A DNA stretch of 57,162 nt from an uncultured Nitrososphaerota archaeon (GTDB lineage: Archaea > Thermoproteota > Methanomethylicia > Nezhaarchaeales > WYZ-LMO8), in contig CAZLVJ010000001.1 of assembly GCA_964562935.1 (NCBI GenBank), positions 33,859 to 91,020 of the forward strand, written 5' to 3'. Below, one piece after another: positions 40,111 through 48,479 of the stretch (position 1 is its first letter; each line of letters begins with the position of its first letter). A model generated the notes under the pieces. It did no database searches, had not been told where the DNA came from, and worked only from the letters and a program-made list of their open reading frames with translations. The translations under genes and the position numbers were made by a program.

Positions 40111-40747
40111 ACCTCCCTCTCCTCCTTATCTCTTGGACTTTCTTCAAGACCCTCTCTACTCTAGCGCCCACGACCTCTCTATAACCTCTCAAGAATTCTT
40201 CGAAGAACTCCTTTACCTTGTTGTAGTGAGTGCTCTCGAGGGCTCTCAGCATTAAGTGCACGTCTGTCCCTATGGCCTCTAATTCCCCAGTTCTTTCTGC
40301 TAGACCGAAGTCTACGAAGAACGGCTTCTCAGTCTCAGGGACGACTATGTTTGCGGGGGTTAAGTCTCCGTGGACTATGTGGTTGACATGCATCTTGCCG
40401 ACGTAAAAACCGACCAACCTAAAGAGAGAAGCAACGTCGTAGCCTCCTAAGGCTAGTTCCTTTAGGGTCGGCCCGGGCACATATTCCATTATTATGACTC
40501 CCTCCTCTGGGTCTACGTCGTATATAGCTGGGACTGGGACGCCGCACATCCTAGCGTGGAACATCATTGTGACCTCATGAGAGGTCCTAGCCTTCCGGAT
40601 GTAGTCGTCGAGTTCCTTGGCTCTATATGGCTTTGGAACCCTCTTCTTTAATATCGCTGGCAAGCCCAAGAAGTCTATTAAGTAGAGCTCTGCCTCAGCG
40701 CCCTTCTTTATCATCTGCCCCTTGAATCCAAGGTATATCGACTTCAT
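40079..40747 (-). CDS. bud32: Bud32 / Kae1-associated kinase (KEOPS subunit)
   Basis: IKKGAEAELY, HGDLTPANI and FVDFGLA atypical-kinase motifs. Maximal ORF shown. Met 40714 (MIKKGAEA) is an alternative start. Confidence 0.85.
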   Translation of the reverse strand: MKSIYLGFKGQMIKKGAEAELYLIDFLGLPAILKKRVPKPYRAKELDDYIRKARTSHEVTMMFHARMCGVPVPAIYDVDPEEGVIIMEYVPGPTLKELALGGYDVASLFRLVGFYVGKMHVNHIVHGDLTPANIVVPETEKPFFVDFGLAERTGELEAIGTDVHLMLRALESTHYNKVKEFFEEFLRGYREVVGARVERVLKKVQEIRRRGRYVEERRAKVY

Positions 40748-41711
40748 CGAGCCTCCACCTAGGCCTCACGTAACTCTTCTCTACCTCTATTGTAACCCCA
40801 TGCGTGTAGGCGAGTACGCCAGTCCAAGCTATCATGGCGCCGTTATCTCCAGCAAGATCTTTGGGCACAACTCCAAACTTAGCGCCATGCTCTCTTGCTA
40901 TCATCTCCAGCTTTCTCTGAAGCTCGTTGTTGACCGCCACCCCGCCAGTTAACACGAGCTCCTCCTTCTCAGTGTAGGCCAGAGCTCTCTCAACCACTTC
41001 AGCTAACATTGAGAATGCGTACTCTTGCAAGCTATAGCACAGGTCCTCAATCTTGTGGCCCTCTCTCAAGAGCCTAATGGCGGCGGTTAGAAGTCCCGAG
41101 TACGACACGTCTTGTCCTTTAACTATATAAGGTAACTTAAGCAACTTTTCCCCTCTTTTTGCAAGCTCTTCGACCCTAGGTCCGCCTGGGTGGGGCAAGC
41201 CAGCTTCTCTGGCAAACGTATCGAGTAGATTGCCAAGCGCTATGTCGAGCGTCTCTCCGAACACTCTGTACCTTCCATCCGAGTACGCTGCTATTATCGT
41301 GTTACCTCCTGAGACGAAGACTATCAGGGGATCCTTGAAACCTGTCGTGAGCTTAGCCACCTCTATGTGCGCGACGGCGTGGTTTACTGGGACTAGCGGC
41401 TTGTTATAAGCAACAGCCAGCGCTCTGGCTATGGTGGCGCCGACTCTGAGGCAAGGTCCCAGACCAGGCCCCAAGGAGACTGCTATGGCGTCTATGTGCT
41501 CCAAATCAAGCTTGGCCTCAGCCAGAGCCTTCCTAATGACCTTAGGGGCCACGTCGGAGTGATGCTGAGAGCTCTCCCTAGGATGTATACCTCCCTTAGT
41601 GGGGATGTACGTATCGTTGACATTCGCTAAAACGCTACCATCGGAGTCGACTATCCCACATCCAAAGGTGTGCGCCGTAGACTCTATGCCTAACACGACT
41701 ACCTTGCGCAA
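40695..41711 (-). CDS. kae1: Kae1, tRNA N6-adenosine threonylcarbamoyltransferase (KEOPS catalytic subunit)
   Basis: LGIESTAHTFG, GIHPRE..HH, SLGPGLGPCLRVG and the NHAVAHIE metal site. Confidence 0.95.
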   Translation of the reverse strand: MRKVVVLGIESTAHTFGCGIVDSDGSVLANVNDTYIPTKGGIHPRESSQHHSDVAPKVIRKALAEAKLDLEHIDAIAVSLGPGLGPCLRVGATIARALAVAYNKPLVPVNHAVAHIEVAKLTTGFKDPLIVFVSGGNTIIAAYSDGRYRVFGETLDIALGNLLDTFAREAGLPHPGGPRVEELAKRGEKLLKLPYIVKGQDVSYSGLLTAAIRLLREGHKIEDLCYSLQEYAFSMLAEVVERALAYTEKEELVLTGGVAVNNELQRKLEMIAREHGAKFGVVPKDLAGDNGAMIAWTGVLAYTHGVTIEVEKSYVRPRWRLDEVDIPWIQGADDKEGR

Positions 41712-41725
41712 CGATCATCCTCCAG

Positions 41726-42043
41726 TTACTTTTCGCTTTTCTCTCCTCCCCTTTTTCCGAAGTTCCTGGCCTTTATATACTGAGGCTCGACCTCCTGCAG
41801 CGCCTTCTCATCTCTATACACATGAACATGGGCTTCTGTAACGTTAGTCCCAGCGATAGTCTTTAAGCTCTTGATCACTATAAGGTTTTGAGGGGCGCTA
41901 AACATCGAAGACACGAGCTCCCTCACCTCACCTCTTGTAGGCGTTCTAGCGCCAGCGTGGTGTATCCGTAGGATTAGCTCCCTCCTATTTAGGACCTTGT
42001 TTTCTACGTCTCTCAACACTTTAACTTGGTATTGTAGCATCAT
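41726..42043 (-). CDS. rps24e: 30S ribosomal protein S24e
   Basis: N.LL.RRE....I.H.G..TP.R.EVRE pattern. 105 aa. Confidence 0.9.
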   Translation of the reverse strand: MMLQYQVKVLRDVENKVLNRRELILRIHHAGARTPTRGEVRELVSSMFSAPQNLIVIKSLKTIAGTNVTEAHVHVYRDEKALQEVEPQYIKARNFGKRGGEKSEK

Positions 42044-42581
42044 CGAGCTCTACCTCCATCATAGACATTAGCAGTTCTTTAGCCTTCTCCTTTTTATCTT
42101 TATCCACCTTTATCAGCACTACCCCAACACCTGGCTGACCGTAAGCTACTATCGCCCCTTCAGGCAAAGCAAGTATTGAGGGTATTACCAATAGGTCCTC
42201 TTCCCCCCTTACTACTACGAGCCCTCCTTCTTCAAGCGCTTTGCCTATCTCCTCTACCATCGTGGAAACTATGTGACCCGGAGGGTTTACCACTTCACAT
42301 ACCACTCTCATGCATTTTTTTAAATCGACCTGATAGGGCCCTCTCAGGGTCCTCATATCGATTATCGCTACTCTAGGCTTTAGCCCCCTCTTGAGAAACG
42401 TATAAGTAGTCACGTCCCCTACCGTTACAACCAGGTCAGCCCTCATGCCCTCTAATGTTTCTTCTAATTTCCCTGACTCTACCTCGTTGTTCGTGATCAC
42501 TAGACCCCAAGGCCTGCTAAGATCTCTCCTAAGCTCTTCACTGACTTTAAAAGCCTTGAGTCTCAAAGCCTTCACCTGCAT
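42021..42581 (-). CDS. DUF359 family, GTP-dependent dephospho-CoA kinase
   Basis: VTVGDVTT motif, 186 aa, and the conserved position between spt4 and rps24e. Confidence 0.75.
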   Translation of the reverse strand: MQVKALRLKAFKVSEELRRDLSRPWGLVITNNEVESGKLEETLEGMRADLVVTVGDVTTYTFLKRGLKPRVAIIDMRTLRGPYQVDLKKCMRVVCEVVNPPGHIVSTMVEEIGKALEEGGLVVVRGEEDLLVIPSILALPEGAIVAYGQPGVGVVLIKVDKDKKEKAKELLMSMMEVELDDATIPS

Positions 42582-42781
42582 TTAATGGCGTATCTACCAG
42601 GCTTTGTCAGGTTCAAGGTCTTGGCGATAACAGAGTTTTCGGGGTCGAAGACTATGACGATGCCGCTCCAGTCAGACGTGAACTCGCTCGATTTGCAGTT
42701 AGGACATATACTCGCTTGAGTTAGGAGAAGAGTTTTACACCTCAAGCAGCACTTGAATCGAGCCGAAGTCCTCTTGCTCAC
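42572..42781 (-). CDS. spt4: transcription elongation factor Spt4 (RpoE'')
   Basis: Zn ribbon CLRC...CPNC, then W.G.V.V.DPE.S.IA. The GTG 42781 start overlaps the rpoE' TGA stop (GTGA) and has AAGGAGAG just upstream. Confidence 0.85.
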   Translation of the reverse strand: MSKRTSARFKCCLRCKTLLLTQASICPNCKSSEFTSDWSGIVIVFDPENSVIAKTLNLTKPGRYAIKCR

Positions 42782-43356
42782 CTCTCCTTCACCTTGGCAG
42801 GAGCCTTCTCCTTTTTCAGATCTTCCGCGATCCACTCCAACTTCCCTAGAAACGGTTGCCTCATAGTCAAGCCGACCTTGACGTCGCTCAACCTCATTCC
42901 GGTCATGCTAACGGTCACGACCCTGGCTCTCACGCTATCACCCTTCGAGAGCTTTCTCCTAGTCTGCTTGCACAGGAGCTCGCTCTTCTTCTTGTCGTAG
43001 GATATGTAATCGTCTGCCACTTGAGATATGTGGACCAGTCCGTCTATTGGTCCTATTCTCACGAAGGCCCCAAAGTCCACCACTTCCACTACCTCTCCTT
43101 CCACTACCTCTCCCTCCGCGGGGGCGTAGACTAGGGCCTCGAACCTAACCTTGTGATAGCTCGCGCCGTCCCCGGGCACTATTTTACCTACGGGAGAGAC
43201 CTTCACTCCCAATATCGCGACTATTATCCCGAGACCCTTTATTACTACTCCCTCATACGTGGACCTCAGGCTGTCGAACGCGACGTCTTCGAGCTTCTCG
43301 TTAAATCTGCTGGGCGGGATCCTAACCTCGTCCGAAATAGTGGCCAAGTAATACAT
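42778..43356 (-). CDS. rpoE: DNA-directed RNA polymerase subunit E' (Rpo7)
   Basis: N-terminal Rpb7 fold (MYYLATISDEVRIPP) and a C-terminal S1 domain (GEVVEGEVVEVVDFGAFVRIGPIDGLVHISQ). Confidence 0.92.
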   Translation of the reverse strand: MYYLATISDEVRIPPSRFNEKLEDVAFDSLRSTYEGVVIKGLGIIVAILGVKVSPVGKIVPGDGASYHKVRFEALVYAPAEGEVVEGEVVEVVDFGAFVRIGPIDGLVHISQVADDYISYDKKKSELLCKQTRRKLSKGDSVRARVVTVSMTGMRLSDVKVGLTMRQPFLGKLEWIAEDLKKEKAPAKVKER

Positions 43357-43442
43357 GATTTTCCACCATGAGGTTAAATGCTGAGCGCCGTGTGAGTTTA
43401 GAGACCTTGTACCTTTTTGTATTAAACTTTTTGTAAAACAGG

Positions 43443-43862
43443 TTAAGGCTGGTAGCCTTCTAGCTCAAACCTGCCATCGCCCTTCATGTACACGACGCTT
43501 ACGCCGCCTTCTCTCAACCTTCGCCTTAACCTCCTATCGTTTGTCGCGACTACGTAGCCCTCTCTCCTAGAGATCTTGACTATAACGTCGTCGACTGCCC
43601 CCTCGCCATCCTCAACGACTTCAAACCCCCCTTTCTTCACGTACTCTAGGACAGCGCGAGCTATTCGAGCGGCCTTTCGTCTCTTGTCGGAGCTCGCCAT
43701 CCTCTCAAGCTCTCGAAGTTGCGCTCTCAGGATGACTGGCCTGACCTTGGTCTCAAGCAACCCTTCAACTCTCTCAACAACATTTATGGGCCTCTCAAAA
43801 ATAGCCATCAAGAAGTTTGTGTCGAAGAGCACCTTAGTTGCGATTTTGCCTCCACTCCTCAC
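43443..43862 (-). CDS. PIN-domain protein (Fcf1/COG1412-like)
   Basis: VLFDTNFLM and VATNDRRLRRRL motifs. The GTG start overlaps the aIF2-gamma TGA stop. Conserved position between eif2g and rpoE'. Confidence 0.8.
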   Translation of the reverse strand: MRSGGKIATKVLFDTNFLMAIFERPINVVERVEGLLETKVRPVILRAQLRELERMASSDKRRKAARIARAVLEYVKKGGFEVVEDGEGAVDDVIVKISRREGYVVATNDRRLRRRLREGGVSVVYMKGDGRFELEGYQP

Positions 43863-45148
43863 CTGATTATTCCGTACCCTATGAGCCTAAACCTGCCGGA
43901 TATCTGGCGACTTATCGCTACTCTAGTTCCTGGCTCTGCGCATACTGGCCTACGTAGCTTCACCGAGACTACGTCTTTAGAGGCCTTAGCGACTATCCCT
44001 AGAGTAGTGGCCGTGCCAACGTTTATCATCAAGGTCTCGTTGGCTCTTATGTTCTCGACCTTAACCATGTCTACTGTTCCCACAGCTCTTTCAAACAGCA
44101 CGACTTCTAGGTCAAGCTCCGAGAGCGTTGGAGGGAGCGTGCCGGGCTTGCCCACGACGCTACCAGCTAAGGCGTCTGCTTTCGTGAGTGAGGGGTCTAG
44201 AAGTGTACCAATGCCTATCAACCCTCCGGGTTTAGCCTCTTCTACGCTTACATCGCCAGCCTTTAGGCTCACTATTTGAGTGTACAACGGCTCGTACTCG
44301 ACCCTCCCGCCTCCTTTCTCTATCCTGACGCCGGGTCTTATCTCGACCTCGTCGCCCACCCTGGCAACACCTTGGATTATAGAGCCTCCTAAGACCCCAC
44401 CTCTTAGTTCTTCGGGCGGCGTCCCAGGCTTGTTGACGTCAAAGGACCTAGCTATCAGCGCTCTCAAAGGCTTTGACGGATCCCTTTTTGGTGTCGGGAT
44501 GGTCTTCTCTATGACCTCGACCAAGACATCAAGGTTTGCTCTATGGAGGGCAGAGATCGGAATTATTGGCGCATCCCTGTACATGGTTTCTCTCAAGAAC
44601 TCCCTTATCTGACGATAGTTCTCAATGACCTTATCTCTCGGAGCGACCTCTATCTTATTTTGTACCACCACCACGTTTCTGACCCCCATTATTTCGAGGG
44701 CCTTCAAGTGCTCTCGCGTCTGAGGCTGAGGACACGGAGCTGTAGCGTCGATCACCAATATGGCTCCGTCAAATAGCGTAGCCCCTGCGAGCATAGTTGC
44801 CATCAACATATCACGTTGCACGCCCGTTTATGGGCGTGCAATTTCGTGTCCGGGACAGTCCACGAACGAGTACTTCCTCAAGAACTCAAGCTTAGACCCG
44901 CAGTGCTTGCAAGTAGTCCCCGAGAGCGCGTAAGTTGTATAACATTGAGGAGGCGGGCATTTGGGGCACTTCAAGACCGTGGTGTCGGCGTAACCCAGCC
45001 TAAGTGTTATCCCCCTTCTCAATTCCTCGGAGTGCCTTGAAGCCCATACTCCCGAGAGGGCCCACGTCAAGGTCGTCTTGCCGTGGTCTACGTGACCCGT
45101 CGTGCCTATGTTCAGCTCAGCCTGCTTTTTCATCCACCCCTCAACCAT
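43859..45148 (-). CDS. eif2g: translation initiation factor aIF2 gamma subunit, interrupted by a 33-nt predicted intron (exons 45148..44843 and 44809..43859, 418 aa after splicing)
   Basis: [10 protein letters not shown], a 4-Cys zinc knuckle, DCPGHE then in-frame TAA, then [19 protein letters not shown]. The two track ORFs (44828..45148 and 43859..44821) are in the same frame. The start could also be Met 45133. Confidence 0.9.
44810..44842 (-). other. predicted 33-nt BHB/BHL-type mRNA intron in aIF2-gamma
   Basis: 4-bp helix CACG/CGUG, flanked by a 3-nt bulge AAA and AUA, plus a perfect 10-bp inner hairpin with loop AUAAAC containing the UAA stop. Excision restores PGHE-M-LMATML. Confidence 0.65.
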
Positions 45149-45494
45149 GTTTAATCGCCTTCTCCTCGTACTTTATGACCATGTTTATTTGAACTATATC
45201 GTCAGATATAGTGTTTCCCCGAACGAGCTTCCTCTTCCTCAAACCCCTCTTCTTGGGCCTAAAGCCGGGTCCTTGGCTCAATAACAGCCTCCGCTTAACG
45301 GGTCCTGGGAGGTCAGGCCTCATGGGTGCTCCACTTCTATCGCTCCCACCTCTAATCACTAACTTAACTCCTGGCATTCCAAGCAACGCGCCGTCCACTT
45401 CATCTCCTATCCTAAGCCCTATTAGGGCACTCGCTTGAGGCCCGCTGACGGTTACCTGCTTAGCCTTTCCGGTCGCTGGATCAGATATGACCAC
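45141..45494 (-). CDS. rps6e: 30S ribosomal protein S6e
   Basis: VISDP.TGKA.Q..V and GG.D..G.PMR motifs. GTG start, with no upstream in-frame start available. Confidence 0.9.
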   Translation of the reverse strand: MVISDPATGKAKQVTVSGPQASALIGLRIGDEVDGALLGMPGVKLVIRGGSDRSGAPMRPDLPGPVKRRLLLSQGPGFRPKKRGLRKRKLVRGNTISDDIVQINMVIKYEEKAIKHG

Positions 45495-45572
45495 TTTGAA
45501 TTCAGGCGTTCTTTTTCACCCCTTAGCGTGAACACACTTCACGAGTTAGCTAAAAACTTTGAGGTCTTTAAA

Positions 45573-47393
45573 TCAATACCTGCCAGCAATCCTCTTTATC
45601 TTAGTGATTTCATCGATGAGCTCCAGCTCCTCTCTTGACAACTGATCAGAGAACTTCTCCTTCAATACTCTCACATGTTCTAAGGGTACGTCAACGTACA
45701 GGTAATCGCCTTCGTCGACATGTCTACCAACAATTACGTCCCCCTTAATAGATATCGCGACGGCTTGCCCTGCCACGGCCTCACTTAAGCTCTTTTTCTG
45801 TTCTTGTATCTGCATTATCACCCCAACCCTTCTGCCCTTAGCGTTAATCAATGGATACCCGGGCCTTAGCCTCCCGGCCAATACTTCGACTCCGACTATC
45901 GCCGGGTCGCTCCTTCTGAATACGTAGCCCTTTAAGATACGGGCCTTCCCGGGCAAGATTAGGGAGGATAGCGTCTGCCTGCGATCCTCTTCCATTTTCT
46001 TCTTGACCCAAGCTAAGTAGTCCTCTATCAGCCTGTAAATGACATTGTTTTTAAACACCGGTATGTTCCTACTCTCTATCTCTTGCTCTGCGTCGGGGCT
46101 CGTACTAACGTTGAACGCTAAGATGACGCCGTGGTAGGGGTCCTTATCTCTCGTTATCGCGGCTTCGACGACGTCCCTCTTCGATATCTTTCCGACGTCA
46201 GCCAACCTCACTGGCACGCCTAGCTCCTGTAGCTTCGACACCAATGCCTCAAGGGATCCCAAGGTATCGGCTTTAACCACAACCCCTATGACGTCAGTCG
46301 TTATCCTGATCTTCGAGAGCTCCTCTGACACCCTCTTTACCGCTTCCTCGATTTCAGCTTGATCCCTCGCTGAGAAAAGAGGGCTACCAGCCACGGCGTC
46401 GTCGAGGCCATGGGCAACGACTCTTACGCCAGCGGCTGCGACGACCTCGTCCACGCTCTTGAACTTGTCCTCCGGGTCCCTCATCTCGTCCATGGGCTTG
46501 GGCATTAATATGCTCCTGATCTTGGTCACTATGGGACCTTTGAGCCCGCCGAGCACTATTGTGTCATCCTTTCTTAGTACGCCATCGTAAATTATCACGT
46601 CCACGACGTTGCCCAAGCCCGGGATCTCTCTGCACTCTAGCACCACGCCCTTAGCCGTCGCCTCCTCGACGTAGAGCCTCTTCAACATGTACCTCTGAGA
46701 CAGGCCGGCCAAGACGAGCAAGAGGTCTGGTACGCCCTCTCCCGTCTTAGCGCTTGTGGGTATTATGGCCACTGTTCTGGCGAAGTCTCTTATTCTGTCG
46801 TACCTGTCGGCTTGAAAGCCAAGCTCCTCAAACTTGGCCACGATGTTGTAGATGAGCTCGTCGAGCCTCCTCTGGACCTGAGGCGGCTGAGACTTTATTG
46901 TCTCAACGAACGGCTTGAACTCGTTCTCAACCCACCCAGGTATTTTGTCTATCTTGTTCGCGGCAACGACAAAGGGCGTTTTCCTAGCCTTTAAGATCTC
47001 CAAGCACTCGTAGGTTATCTCCTCAAAACCTTCGAGAACGTCTATGACCAAGATGGCCATGTCGGCTATCGAGCCGCCCCTCTTCCTCAAGTTCACGAAG
47101 GCCTCGTGTCCTGGAGTGTCTATGACCAAGAAGCCAGGTATCTTGATTTCAACCTTTATGCTCTTGAGTAGCGGACCGCAAATCCTCTCGAGAGCTGACC
47201 ACGGTAAGAAAGAAGCCCCAATGTGTTGGGTTTGCCACGTAGCGCCTGCTTGGCGCTACATCATGGCCCCAACCTCTTTAAACATAATCGCAGTGCCCCT
47301 GATCTTGTCCAGAAGAAGGGTCTTTCCTACATCTACGTGCCCTAGCACGCACAGAATGGGCGATCTGATTCTCTTGCTCTCACCACTGCTCAA
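45573..47393 (-). CDS. infB: translation initiation factor aIF5B (IF2 homologue), interrupted by a 30-nt predicted intron (exons 47393..47262 and 47231..45573, 596 aa after splicing)
   Basis: Exon 1 reads [26 protein letters not shown]...KEVGAM. Exon 2 reads TQHIGAS...[14 protein letters not shown], and onward. TTG 47393 has GAGGAGGTGA upstream. The track ORF 45573..47129 lacks the P-loop. Confidence 0.92.
47232..47261 (-). other. predicted 30-nt canonical bulge-helix-bulge mRNA intron in aIF5B
   Basis: hBHBh' structure: 6-bp outer helix, AAA bulge, 4-bp helix GCCA/UGGC, UGA bulge, 9-bp inner helix, 5-nt loop. Contains an in-frame UAG. Excision restores KEVGAMTQHIGA. Confidence 0.75.
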
Positions 47394-47473
47394 TTTACAA
47401 TCACCTCCTCTAATAAGTCAGCTTGATGAAAAAGCTAGGTAGGAGAATACTCTTTAACTTGTCGTTTCAAAGC

Positions 47474-47926
47474 TTAAAGCCACGCCTCGTCAGCCCGTGA
47501 GTAAGCACAAAGCTCCTTCTCCTCGAAGAAGATCTTTATCTCCCTCTCAGCGCTCTCCCTGCTATCCGACGCGTGGATTATGTTTTGTGTGATTGAGATC
47601 CCGAAGTCGCCTCTGATCGTTCCGGGGGGCGCCTCCTTTGGGTTTGTCGGGCCTATGACCCTCCTAACGACTTGAATAGCATCGTCGCCCTCTACGACCC
47701 CCACGACTACTGGGGCCGAAGTAATGTAATTGATCAGCTCCTCGTAGAAGTGCTTGCCCTTGTGCACCGAGTATAGCTCTTCTGCCTTCTCTCTCGAAAT
47801 CTTCAACATCTTCAAGCCCACTATCTTCAAGCCCTTCTTCTCAAGCCTCGATAACACCTCTCCTACGAGGCCTCTTACAACGGCTCCGGGCTTGACTATT
47901 ATCAACGTCCTCTCAACGACCATCAC
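47474..47926 (-). CDS. ndk: nucleoside diphosphate kinase
   Basis: [12 protein letters not shown], YxxHxGKxFY and the NIIHASDS active-site His. Confidence 0.95.
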   Translation of the reverse strand: MMVVERTLIIVKPGAVVRGLVGEVLSRLEKKGLKIVGLKMLKISREKAEELYSVHKGKHFYEELINYITSAPVVVGVVEGDDAIQVVRRVIGPTNPKEAPPGTIRGDFGISITQNIIHASDSRESAEREIKIFFEEKELCAYSRADEAWL

Positions 47927-48120
47927 TTGTACACCTTCCTAGTCTTCTTGCACCACTTTAGCTTAGCAGGATTTCTCCTCAGCTTCAACATGTTCTTCTT
48001 GCACTTGCTTGAACAGAAGTACAATATTGTCCCGTCGTTCTTGACGAACATAAGCCCGGTTCCGGGCGGGACCTCTTTCCCACAAAACGTGCATGAAATC
48101 GTCTTGAACATTTTGAGCAC
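47923..48120 (-). CDS. rpl24e: 50S ribosomal protein L24e
   Basis: [31 protein letters not shown] zinc-ribbon motif. Confidence 0.92.
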   Translation of the reverse strand: MLKMFKTISCTFCGKEVPPGTGLMFVKNDGTILYFCSSKCKKNMLKLRRNPAKLKWCKKTRKVYK

Positions 48121-48236
48121 CGCCTTTAGTGAGTCGCCATGCCCATCTTATAACCCTTATCTCGTCTAGGACGAGGTCGAAGCGAGGGGAGAGGTTTATC
48201 AGTCAGCCTCTGAGGCCTAAGTAATAGGTGCACATC

Positions 48237-48458
48237 ATGAGCTCTGGCTCGACTCAAGACGCGACGCCTGCGGAAGTGGTCCAAATAATCGGCAGGACGG
48301 GGGTTACTGGAGAGGTAATCCAAGTCAGGTGCAGGATTCTTGAGGGGCCCGATAAGGGCAGGATTTTGACGAGGAACGTCAAAGGCCCTGTAAGAATTGG
48401 CGACATATTGATGCTTCGAGAAACAGAAAGAGAGGCGAGGAAGCTCACTCCGCGGTGA
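48237..48458 (+). CDS. rps28e: 30S ribosomal protein S28e (inverted relative to neighbours)
   Basis: [57 protein letters not shown] 48237 has AGGTG 6 nt upstream. Confidence 0.92.
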   Translation: MSSGSTQDATPAEVVQIIGRTGVTGEVIQVRCRILEGPDKGRILTRNVKGPVRIGDILMLRETEREARKLTPR

Positions 48459-48479
48459 TTTAGAAAACTTACTAGTGAC

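Noticed and set aside
42782-42835. 18-codon N-terminal extension of the Spt4 ORF (MDRGRSEKGEGSCQGEGE)
   Set aside because: It lies entirely within the rpoE' coding sequence. GTG 42781 overlaps the rpoE' stop (GTGA) and gives a normal-length Spt4 of about 69 aa.
44809-44848. Alternative explanations for the aIF2-gamma insert: a BHB with AAA as the outer-proximal bulge (about 23-nt excision), or T4 gene-60-style ribosomal bypassing
   Set aside because: The 23-nt excision breaks the frame (gives E-A-T-stop). Bypassing needs matched take-off and landing codons, and none flank the insert. Only the 33-nt excision restores the consensus.
47044-47442. 132-aa plus-strand ORF covering the aIF5B 5' exon and intron region
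   Set aside because: It is antisense to a sequence that translates into a perfect aIF5B N-terminus (P-loop, switch I). Its composition is Ser/Pro/Leu-rich and it has no SD, so it is a shadow ORF.
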